From contig OX597819.1 of assembly GCA_951406725.2 (NCBI GenBank), positions 22,320,001-22,384,000 on the forward strand: a DNA stretch of 64,000 bases, written 5' to 3'. A model generated the notes under the pieces. The model did no database searches. It saw only the letters and a list, made by a program, of their open reading frames with translations, and had not been told where the DNA came from. Position 1 is the stretch's first letter; each line of letters opens with the position of its first letter. This DNA is from Octopus vulgaris (lineage: Eukaryota). This document shows positions 52,886 to 64,000 of this stretch, one piece after another. The position numbers were made by a program, and so were the translations under genes.

Positions 52886-53729
52886 GTGAGTATATATTTT
52901 AAGCTATTTGATTTAACCCATATATTATATTTTCTCCATATTACAGTTGCGTTGTCCTTGTAATAAATATAAATACTTCGCATTCAGTTCTAAATTTTAC
53001 TCCAGTTAGCTCATTGTTTAGGCAGCATCTAGATTTGGGCAAAATTTGAAAGTATGAAAAAGTCGGGGTTGCATGTACCCAGGGCCTCATTATATATATT
53101 TACTAGTATTGAAGCGTTGTTTTAATATGTGGAATGCCTCCTTTAGGCATAACTTACAGACTGAGCGTTGACCTTTAGTACGTAGGCCCTGAGTCTTATG
53201 AACCATGACAATATGTAGGGAATATTTCTATTTTTGAGATGATGTATGTGACTGACGTGTGTTGTGGATTTACTGTTTTTCTCGTATCTAAAAATATATG
53301 TAAGTATGTATGTATATATATATATATATGCAATTAGCTTGTTTTCGCCATTGCTGGACGTACATTTCTACGTATATTTTAAACTAAACTAGTGATATCA
53401 AAATATGCAAAAACTTGACCTTGGATTCGCCATGCTAGTAATTTTCTTAGAGATGTCGTACACTTCAGAATATTTGTCATATTTGTCAGAATATAAACAA
53501 TTCAGAATATTTGTCATATTTGCTGGAAAGTTATGCACACAGGAGTACTCTCCACACTGATGTTGGATAGTTATTTCCAGAAAATTCATCAATATCTCCG
53601 AGGGTCATAATATAAGGCTAATTTTTAGAATCCTTTCTTCTAACAGTATTCACACGTTCAGTAAATAAATTTAGAATAATACCAAGCACTGAAAATACAC
53701 ACATATACACAGGCACATTATATAGAAAC

Positions 53730-54014
<285 letters not shown>

Positions 54015-54023
54015 AATACAAAG

Positions 54024-54911
54024 TACGGAGCGAAGTAAATTGTCTACATTTTACATTTTTAATTTCGCGCATACACATCGTTTGTTTTGGATTTTGACGC
54101 CAACACAGTATCGTAGGGTCAGTTGGGCAACGTATGTGAGAAGAACAGCACCATGACACAATTCACTCTGCCTGGAATTAGGAATCGACATGCTGTACTG
54201 CTTGCTGTTCTACATACTCTACTAGCTGCGCCGGAAGCTCCAATACGAACCTTTCAGAGTAATTGCGTATGAATCTGAAGACAGCGCAATATAAGTGTGA
54301 TATGTACCGAGATTGATAAAAATGAAATATCAAGTGAACATCATAGTGTTTGGAACGATTACAAGTGATATCGATATTGTGCTTGCATTCATCTTCCCAA
54401 ACGGCCTCAGACTCAACATTGACGCCCACATCAAGTGCCTGGAGGAGCTAGTGCTGCCCTGGGTCAAAAGGGTAGCTAGTGAAAGACTCTACGTCTGGCA
54501 ACAGGACGCTACACCATGCCACACAAGCAGTAGAACCCGTTCATGCTTGTCAGAAAATTTCTGCGACCACATCACCCCTAACATCTGGCCACCTAACTCC
54601 CCAGGCAGCAAACCTATTTCTTATTATTTGTGGGGCGCAATTAAAGCGGGAGACCAACAAAACTCCTTGTAACATCATAAATGAACCGAAGGCAAGGATT
54701 ATGGCAGTATTCACCAACTTAAACACGGAGACCGTCCAGAAGATTTGCAGGAGATTTCGAAGTCATCTGGAGGCCATGGTTGAAGCCAATAGCGGTTTTA
54801 TTGAAGAAATTTACTCTTTAGTAATTTTGGTAAATATATCTGTTAAAATGAGATGTCAGTGTTATTTTCATTTTTGCCTAATTTAGACGACAGTTTATTC
54901 ACCGCAGCCTG
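54024..54911 (+). mobile_element. Tc1/mariner-superfamily (maT-like) transposon, internally deleted
   Basis: YVWQQDATPCHTS...IWPPNSP..KPISYYLWG; VQKICRRFRSHLEAMVEANSGFIE; degenerate terminal inverted repeats (GTAAATTGTC / GACAGTTTATTCACC). Confidence 0.8.
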
Positions 54912-56109
54912 GATATTATATCGGAGTAAAATTTTAAACCTTATAATTAACATCGCTACGCAATTTTATTTGTTAATATTTGATTCCACTTTATGTAAAT
55001 AATAGTTTTGTGTATCTATATTTTTTATTAGAAAGACAGATTTGCCAATCGGAAACCGAAGCCAAAGTCAAATCAGTTTACTATGAACTGATAAAGAAGG
55101 AGATAATAATTATATCGGGCTAAGATTTAAATTTCGTCATGGTGCATCAACATGGCCGCAGCACTGAGCTGAAACTAGAGAGAAAAACAAATCATCACTG
55201 AACTACGAGTGAGAAATAATGTAATAAACTAATTACAGAGCCAACCCTGCAGCTTCTTTTTGTGTTGTTTTTCGTATATATCCACTAGGATTTTAATGAT
55301 TGTTAGAAATCATTACAACGAAGTTTTGATTAAAATGCGACATTTCTTTCCATTCCGCCAATCATTCATCTGAGACCTTTCAAAATTCTTCAAGGCCACC
55401 ATAACAAAATCCCCTACCGTTCTTTTTCTCCTCAATTGCCCCTGCGTTTTACCGCACCTTCAGTCGTAATTCACTTAGACAGACACCACACCGAGACACT
55501 TTATCTCATCACCAAACTATCACTTACATTCAGTACTCTAATACACAAACCCCGCTGCCCATCAAAGCTTCATAGCCAACGCTTACACTCATGCACACAT
55601 ACATACAGCCTCTCCTCCACCTTATTACCACATACATCAACACGTCCAGACATACAAAATGTTTTACATTATCGGGGTATGATTTATAGCCAAACGTACC
55701 TGCTCCCTGTCCACGTACACCCGCCTGCGTAAACACACAGACGTATTAAATTGCACTTTGTCTCTACTTTAAACCCACACATGTACCATACCTGTGCTAG
55801 AATTCACACCTCGCTCATATATACCTGACATTTCCACTGTGCTTTATAACTCTCCTTAACTTGCTTAATTGCTCAAGATCATAGTTAATCTTTGCCACTG
55901 ACACTTCATGTTGCTTATACAAAGAAAAAAAAAAAAGAACTCACTGATACTTCCAACCGCACAAAGACACACGCCCCGGCTACTCTGGACTATAACTCCC
56001 CTCGCTAACACACGCACTTTTCTCTACCTCTTCCTCCTTATCAATCGTTGTTTCGCTCTCCACGTTTTCTGTTGTCTTCATAATGCGTTACTTCTCCATA
56101 GAATTTAGG

Positions 56110-56400
56110 CGTCACTTCTCGGGGGTTTTTTTTCTGCTGCTATTTGATGGAAGATTATCCTGATGTTTTTTCCAAGGTCATCACAGCTGACGAAAGCTGG
56201 TGCTTCGGAATTTGCAGTTGTATACGAAGTGAATAAAAACAACGACGGAGGAGTTAAAAGGCATCACTTCGCAAGAATTCCAGAAGTGCTTCGAATCGTG
56301 GAAACCGCGCCTGGACAATACTTTGAAGGCGGTAAAAGTGTAAACATGTAAAACTAATTGAATAAAATATTGTAAAATTTCGGTTTCTTTTGGGTATTCG
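56110..56400 (+). mobile_element. mariner transposase 3' remnant
   Basis: QEFQKCFESWK followed by GQYFEG in another frame. Confidence 0.5.
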
Positions 56401-57426
56401 CTCGTGTGTCTCTATGTACAAATATATACATACATATATATGTACACACTCACACACACACATACGTACGCACACTCGCATGCATACATCTACATATACA
56501 CCAATACATACATATATATTTTACAATTACTTTGGCACACATACCATCAAGTTATATATAACAAGCTGGAGAAAATAGAAATTCTTTAATGAACGGAGAA
56601 ATTCGAAGGATTGCTTCTATCCACGGACTGGTCACCTGTCAAAGTGTACATGAAATGTTGTTTCGTGTCTCATGCTTGGCCTTCTTCTAGCTTTATGCTG
56701 AAGGGTTTTTCAATCTACTGTTTGAATTTCATTATCTATATACTCAGAATGCGCCCCAAAATCAATGTTTCAAAACAGAAGATTTTGCATCCATTCGTAA
56801 GTTTATAAAATATTTATAGTGTTAAGAACGGCGGTCAGATAATCATAAATACTATGAAATAGATAATTAATGATACACCAATAACAATTATAATCATGTT
56901 TATAAGTACTATAGAAACATCAACACATGCCCATAGGCGGTGTCCAGTTAAAAAAGTAAACGCTGAAAAATTTGAACCCAGAACACATTCAATCAAAGAA
57001 GTAACAACGGCAGACAGCTAATCATAGATACTACGAAATAGTCGATCTATGATTTACACACACGACTATGCAACCCCATCCCCATCCCCCATCAAAACAT
57101 ATAAGAATAATCTAATACAGTAAATACCCAACAATGTGATCAAAACCCACAAGATGATGACGGGAATGTTAGAATAGGGATGTATTTTTAGCATCTCTAT
57201 ACCTGACTAACCCAGAAACGCGTTCACAAGTAATCTAATTTCGAGTGAACTTTCGTTATTTTTCCCTCTATGCCTACGTGAATTGTTTTTGAGTATACGT
57301 TGTCTGGGAGACTCTTCTTATAGTAGAAGAAATAGCTAAATCTTTTGGCTGCTATTTCTAAAAGTTCGGTATGTGGTTAAGCAAATATTTTTTGCTGAAC
57401 CCTAATTATATAAAGTGTGTGTATAT

Positions 57427-57817
57427 TCTTTTACATGTTTCAGTCATTTGACTGCGGCCATGCTGGAGCGCCGCCTTTTTAGTTGAGCAAATCGACCGCA
57501 GGACTTATTCGTTGTAAGCCTAGTTCTTATTCTATCGGTCTCTTTTTGCCGATCCTCTAAGTTACGGGGATGTAAACACACCAGCATCGGTTGTCATGCG
57601 ATGTTGGAGGGACAAGCACAGACGAACAAACATATACACACACATACATATATATATGTGTGTGTGTGCGTGTGTGTGTGTGTTCTTCTTTCAGTTTCCG
57701 TCTACCAAATCCACTCACAAGGATTTGGTCAGCCGGAGGCTATAGTAGAAGACACTTGCCCAAGGTGCCACGCGGTGGGACTGAACCCGGAACCATGTGG
57801 TGGTAAGCAAGCTACTT
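57427..57817 (-). mobile_element. tRNA-derived SINE body with internal microsatellite; its 5' head is displaced to 59923-59961
   Basis: Minus strand GGTTCCGGGTTCAGTCCCACCGCGTGGCACCTTGGGCAAGTGTC; head AGGCGCAGGAGTGGCTGTGTGGTAAG at 59960-59935. Confidence 0.85.
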
Positions 57818-59922
57818 CATTTCAAAAATTTTACCTTAAAGCCATGACACAGAGTAGGCTGCGGGCTGGACAAAAACATTGATGAGGTGAATGATGAAAA
57901 AAGGATGATATTAATGGGAGAAGATAAAAACGTCCACCGATATTTTGCTTCTCTAAAATATTATCCCCTTCTTTTCTTTATTTTTTCACAGAAGAAACAC
58001 AAAACGAGGTATTGAACCTCTTACTTCAGTTTTACAGTTATTGGACTAATAATCCATTTAAAAATTGGGGCGTTAAGCCTCTTAAATACAATAACATACA
58101 ATAACAATTAAACATTATACAATAAATATTATAACACTGAAGCTTTTCAACCTTCCCAACATCCCTTGTGCCCATATTCTCCGCCATCATCCACTCCTCA
58201 TTCAAGACCAAGGCGGGATCCGAGTCGGTGTCACCCGGCCACAAGCGATATTCCTGATTGAGTCCCTGCAGCCTAAGCATTATGGGCAACGTTATGACCT
58301 CTTCACCTATCTGAAGGAGGCCATTCGGGATCCTGTGTGAAGTTTAAAGGTACTCCCATATGGTGCTTTTCCACCACCTCTTCTATATCTCCGCTTCTAT
58401 AGCAGAAGACCAATAGTTTGTCTTCCTCCGGGTTCGATGTAGTCAATTCTACCTTTGGCGGCACAATTCCCCCCAACGGTGTCTCTTCCCCTGCTTGTGG
58501 CAGAACACCTACCGGAAAGGTTCCGGGACATTCTGGTGCTATGTCACCGACTACCAGCTTTGCCCCGTTTCTTTTCCTCTTTTTTGTCTTCTCAACTGAA
58601 GGAGAGTGCATCTCCTCCGTGACCGGAAGATTCGCCTCCCCTCCCTCATCCCTAGGATCCTTCGGTGAGCCCCCTTTGTTGCTCACCTTCTTCCTCTTGC
58701 AGCCCTTCTATGAGGAGTCTCAGCCTTTTCGGCTGCCTTCGTTCCTTCTTCTACAGAGGTCTCAATCAACTGCTCCAGGACTTTGCTTTGTTCCTGAGGA
58801 GAGTTTTTCTTTATATGGCCAGGCTCCAGGCACCGATGACGCCTGGGTGGGGGCGACCCTCAAGAATCACCGGGTACCTGCACCCTGATCATTTTCGAAA
58901 TGTCTGGCATAACCAGATTCATGGCTGATTGGGTCCACAGGGTCAAAACAGCTTTTGACCCAACCCAATAAGCCGCAGGAAGAATTTTCACATTGAGGAG
59001 CCTGGCTCCGCTCCCACCCAGACCCCGACGGATAGTAACCTATATCCACTCGGGTTAATTTCCGGGTGGCAAACCACTGACCCAAGCCCTCGTCAATTCT
59101 TTCCCACAATAAGTGGGAAGAGACAAAATTTCTCTACCCTCTAAGGTCTGGCTCGCAAAATGCGAGCCTCCTCTGGATTGTCAAATAGCAACCACAAAGT
59201 TGCATATTTGACACCTCTAGAGATATACTTAATGGTTGGCAGATGTTCCACCAACTCCTGCTCAATCAGCTGCTTGGAGTAGACTGCAATGGTGTCGAGA
59301 GTCTTTGTATATGTTCTCAACAGCACCGTCCTCCCCTCTTGCTGTCTGGGCCACTCCTTAGGCGGGACAGTTCCCCATTCTACAATCTCACCCGTATTTT
59401 TTGCCATGTTTTAAATTAAAAAGTAAAATGTGCAAAACAATAGTTCACAAATTTCACAAAGAAAAGGGATAAAGCAAAAGGAAACAAAAGGGAAGACGAG
59501 AAAAAGCAAACAGTTCAATAAAGAGAGTCACAAGGGAAGAAGAAAACAACAGTTCAACAAAACACAGCAAAAAAGTCTTCTGGGCATTCAGAACCTGGAC
59601 TGCCCCACTTGAAATACAGCTTTCCAATTGTTGGTAAACGTTGTTGTAAAAGCACACATTATTAACAAAAACGTAACCACTTTTGGTGGCAGGATATGCC
59701 CCCAAACTCTACTTCTCACAATGAGAAAAAAATTTTTTCACTTAATATGAACAATATTGTTTATAAAAAGTATAACCACAGACAACAACACACACTGGAC
59801 CCAAGAGACAAAAAGTCTTACCTTGCAGCAGCAACTTTTCGCTGGGTAAAAACAGCCAGCTATCTTCTTCGGTGCGCAACACAATGACGCATGCGTACAC
59901 TGACAATATAGACTCATGGGAA
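57818..59922 (-). mobile_element. ORF1-only L1/Tx1 derivative (HAL1-like) with 15-bp target-site duplication
   Basis: GTAAGCAAGCTACTT at 57803-57817 and 59923-59937; decayed ORF1 from ATG 59407 with knuckle remnant RHRCLEPGHIKKNSP near 58795-58840; no ORF2 seen. Confidence 0.75.
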
Positions 59923-59957
59923 GTAAGCAAGCTACTTACCACACAGCCACTCCTGCG

Positions 59958-60026
<69 letters not shown>

Positions 60027-60359
60027 TATATATATATATATATATATGCATATATACATATAGGTATATGTGTGTGTGTGTGTTTGTGTATCTGTATGTA
60101 TGCATGTATATACACATGCAAACATACGCAAAGGTATACGTTTATCCATACTAGCCTATTATGTGTTGTGTTATTCTCGGAGAATTTATGGTGGTAATAA
60201 TGTCTTTTGACGTTTCTTTTACAGTGCGTGGTGAGGCGCAAACCAAGCTCTTTTATATAATAGTGTATATATAATTATAAAATATTTGGAAAATTTAACT
60301 ATGAGGTTTTTTATTTCCGCTCTAACCACGTTGTAAAAATCCTTAATGATTTATATATA

Positions 60360-60434
60360 TATATATATTCTTCTTCTTCTTCGTCTTCTTATTCTTCTTT
60401 TCCTCCTTCTTCCTCTTTTTCTCCATCTTCTTTT

Positions 60435-60467
<33 letters not shown>

Positions 60468-60595
60468 CTTATTCTTATTCTTATTCTTCTTCATCGTCTT
60501 CTCTTCCTCTTCTTGCTTTTCTTCGTCTTTCTCTTCTTCTTCTTCGTCTTCATCTTCCTCTACTTCCACTTCTCCTTCACCCCATTCTTCTTCGT
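60360..60595. repeat. (CTT)n/(GTT)n degenerate trinucleotide tract
   Basis: Direct inspection. Confidence 0.9.
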
Positions 60596-60779
60596 ATGGT
60601 TATTAATACATGGCGAAAATTCTCAACATATTTTACTGGATCTTATGGAAAATGTCCGCTGATCATAGCTAGAGATATCACGGTTTTATTGATCAGAGAA
60701 CTCATGCAGTTCGAAGCAATGCTGATTTTTGTAGGTGGTGCATCTATAATGAGTATTGGGAACCGAGGTATTACTTCGA

Positions 60780-62330
60780 GAATTCGAAAGACAAGATGAT
60801 TTGTTTGCTTTTTGATGCTGCGATTACGACAATAAAGTTTAACGCACTATAAGACTATTTCAATTTAGAGGGACGGGCACGAATGTTTCCTCTGCAATAA
60901 TTTAAAAAATGAAAGATAAAAGCAAAGATAGCTATTTCAGACTGTGGAGAAATCTGCAAATAATTTAATGGAAGCAACTTATAAAGTTGCTTGTATCATA
61001 AGAATAAAAAGGTAAGGTTTTCAGGGAGGTGGAAATTGTGAAAGAATGTATTGTTGAAGTCATAGGATGCTTAGACCCCAATAAGGGTTCGAAGTACAAA
61101 CAATTATCTCTTTCAAGGAGAGCCATAACAGATCGGCTGCAGGAATTGGTCCTAAATGTAACAGAACAACTTCGTTATATACTTCAGATAGAAAATGTAT
61201 ATTATTCAGTCGCTTTAGATCAATTGATACTACAGATTCGGCTTATGTTTTATATCTTATTCATGCCATAACAGAAGATTTCATTTAGTACGAAGAATTA
61301 CTGGCTGTGAAACACGGGGAATAAATATCTTCATAAACTTTTAAAATATATGCCGAGAAGTTGTGTTGAGTTTGGATATTTTAGTTAGCGTATGTACTGA
61401 CAGTCCTCCATCGATCACTGGAAAACGCGAAGGATTTATTGTCCAGTTAAAAAGAAGTCCCTTCAGATCCAGATGTTCTCATGTTTTTTTCATCGTATAT
61501 TGCAAAAGCAAAAACCTTTGTGCGAAATCGACCACTTTATGACTGCAGAAAGTCGTAAATATTGTTAACTATATTTCTTGCCAATGCGACAATGCATCGT
61601 GAGTTCCGTAACATGCTGCGGTTGGACGAGTTATTCAGTGTGGATTTGATTTATCATTGTAAAGTATACTGGCTATCATAAAGACATGTGTTGGAAAATG
61701 TTTTAACTTTACGCGGGCAGATAATGACATTTCATGAAGAACAGAATGAACAATGTGAATTATTATATGAAGATTTCTATAGAAATACTGCATTTCTTTG
61801 TGATATCCTCTCAAAACAAAATGACTTGAATATTTATTTGCACAGAAAGGCAACATCAGTTCATGGCATGTGGCAAGAACTTGAAGTATTTCGGAAAAAA
61901 GCTTTTTTTTTAAAAGATCTCTTTCAAAATGAAATTTGAAACGTACACTTTCCCCAGGTAGCTAAGGTCATTTATAACCATGAAAATTCATATGAATCCG
62001 TTAATGAATATGCAGATGTTCTGGAATTTTTAATTGAAGAATACTGTGAAAGGATCACTCATTTCAGGACCATGGTATTTCACTGAAATATTTCAACGAT
62101 GTCTGCAAGGCTTCTAAGGAGTTGCAGCTGGAATTAATTGAGCTCTCAGAAGATGACATTTAAAAGTCGTTATTTAACGCTAAAAAGTATTCAGCTGTAG
62201 TAAGGAAATGCAGTAGAATACTCCCATGTATAAGCTGAGCTCCATCTACGAACCTCAATGTTACATTTTAAAAATATTTAAATACTATTTTCAAATTTAT
62301 CACTACACTTTAGTACTGTGATTTATTACA
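60780..62330 (+). mobile_element. hAT (Buster/SPIN/GTF2IRD2-like) transposase fossil
   Basis: EIVKECIVEV...LSLSRRAITDRLQEL...YYSVALD; VCTDSPPSITGK; AFLCDILSKQNDLNIYL. Confidence 0.85.
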
Positions 62331-62559
62331 AAATATGGATTTAAAAAATAATGTAACTGTTGTTGCGGCTTTGTTAATTACGATTAAACTCTTGGTGATC
62401 TCGGTAGATTACTAAAGAATAAGCATTCTAAGTTATGCTTAATCGAAGCTTAGATACATTACATCACTATAATTAATTACTTACTCATGATATTAAACAT
62501 TTTGATATGAATTAACTTTATTACAAAATAATTAATAAAAGAATATAATTAATAATTTA

Positions 62560-63547
62560 ATTAGTTGAATGTTTTTCTAAATAGTTCATAAAGAAAGAAA
62601 AAGGAAAAACAACAGTTCACAAAGAGTAAATAAAAATATATAGTTCCAGGTAGAAAAAAATTCTGGCCACAATGGTACACCGGCCCTATTCTCGATCCCG
62701 ACTCCTTTGCAGCTCTGAATTTGATGGCAAAATCCAGTTCTTTGCTTGTAACTAAGCAAAAAAAAAGTCTCTTCAAATCCATAAATTTCGAAACCTCTTA
62801 GTTTGTTTGAAAACAACAATAATTCTTCTCAATTTTTCTCCACTGTAGAAAATCAACAATTTACTTAAAAAAATTACGGCTTGTTTCTCCGGCTGTTCAA
62901 ACAAGTTCACCGGCAACAAGCCACACACGCTTTGCTTGCAAAACAAGCAACAAATTCACTGCTAAAAGTAAGCGAAATTGCCCCAGAGCAGGGCAGAATA
63001 TACTGCAATAAAAATAAGGCAATAATTCTACCCAGCTCAGAAAAAAAAATCGCTCACCCTGACGTCGACCAGCTACACGTCTTCAATAAAGGCGGAAGAA
63101 AAATTGTTCAATCTTCGGAGGTAAAGACGCTCCCCCAAATAACGGTTCTCACAATTATTTTGAAATTCTTCATAAATGAACAAATTTTTAGTAGGTACGA
63201 TACTCCTCCAAGCAACAATTCTCATAATTAAGTGAGAAAAATAGTCACTCAACATAAACCGTTAACTAGGAAGACGAATACGCCCACAAACAAAATTCTC
63301 ACAATTAAGCAAGAAAAAAATATTCGCTCCATTCAGGCAGAACCTGAATTCTGAAGCCAGTAGGACTTCCTGGTTTGCCTGTAAAAAAGAATTCTCAACA
63401 AAAATTCCCACTGGACCCATAAAACAGAATCGTACCTTACAATGGAGCTTCAAAATTTTTCATTTCGAGACGGCTTCAAAAGTATGTCTCACTGCTTAAG
63501 TGCCAAACACAACAGACTCGCACATGCGCAGAAGCAACCTTCTTGGA
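62560..63547 (-). mobile_element. 5' region of an element related to 57818-59922, joined to a SINE head at 63548-63586
   Basis: CACTGGACCCA...TACCTT.CA shared with 59793-59827; three about 75-bp TTCTCA(C/T)AATTA units; junction TAAGCAAGCTACTTACCACACAG. Confidence 0.55.
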
Positions 63548-63649
63548 TAAGCAAGCTACTTACCACACAGCTACTCCTGCGCCTATACATACATACATAC
63601 ATATATATATATATGTGTATGTGTGTGTGTGGGGGGGGAGGAATGTGTA

Positions 63650-64000
63650 CATTCCATGCATACTGGAAATGAGAGCAACGACATATTCAGAGTTCGAGAA
63701 CAACTGCGAGAGTACCCTGAAGATACAACACATCCTAACCAACGAAAGCTGGATTAACCTAAGCACAAGCTTGGGGGGGGGGGCAGGAAGCATACCACCA
63801 AAATGAGATGCATGGGTATATATCCTGTAAGGTAGAGTATAAGGAGAGTATTGGCAGGAAAGACAGCCTCATTTTCACCTGTCATAGTTACATTATATCT
63901 CACCTAGGAAGATATGTTTTTGTGCTAACGAAGAACAGGAGAGAGCTATTAAATACCTCATTACAGAAAGAAACACAAAATTAATACCAAAATCTCATGC
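63650..64000 (+). mobile_element. Second copy of the degraded repeat at 12030-12390
   Basis: TTCAGAGTTCGAGAA...CTGGATTAACCTA...CATACCACCAAAATG shared. Confidence 0.6.

Noticed and set aside
62881-63231. Gypsy RNase H-like ORF
   Set aside because: Catalytic residues absent; region better explained as repeat-containing 5' sequence related to 59.7-59.9 kb

Overview
Eukaryotic, AT-rich, microsatellite-dense DNA whose repeats look like an octopod cephalopod genome (inferred from SINE/LINE families, not proven). Most of the window is transposon debris: three subfamilies of R4/Dong-type RLE retrotransposons (the larger copies in (TAA)n), an L1/Tx1 element, a CR1-like LINE, Penelope-like elements (one near-complete RT+GIY-YIG copy), hAT, Tigger/pogo and Tc1/mariner fossils, and many tRNA-derived SINEs. 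Between them, and not called as such in the ORF track, lie exons of a duplicated family of small, probably secreted, cysteine-rich proteins: three paralogous 5-Cys exons (20.6 kb -, 34.2 kb +, 52.7 kb +), a 4-Cys upstream exon (31.3 kb), a signal-peptide exon (2.9 kb -) and two paralogous TATA/Inr first exons. Two paralogous exons differ at 22 of 48 codons, all amino-acid changing, while their intron is about 92% identical, suggesting diversifying selection. Also notable: several hammerhead ribozyme motifs from Penelope terminal repeats (two intact tandem copies) and an ORF1-only L1/Tx1 derivative with a 15-bp TSD inside a SINE head, with a second related insertion at the same SINE site. All alignments and counts were done by eye.
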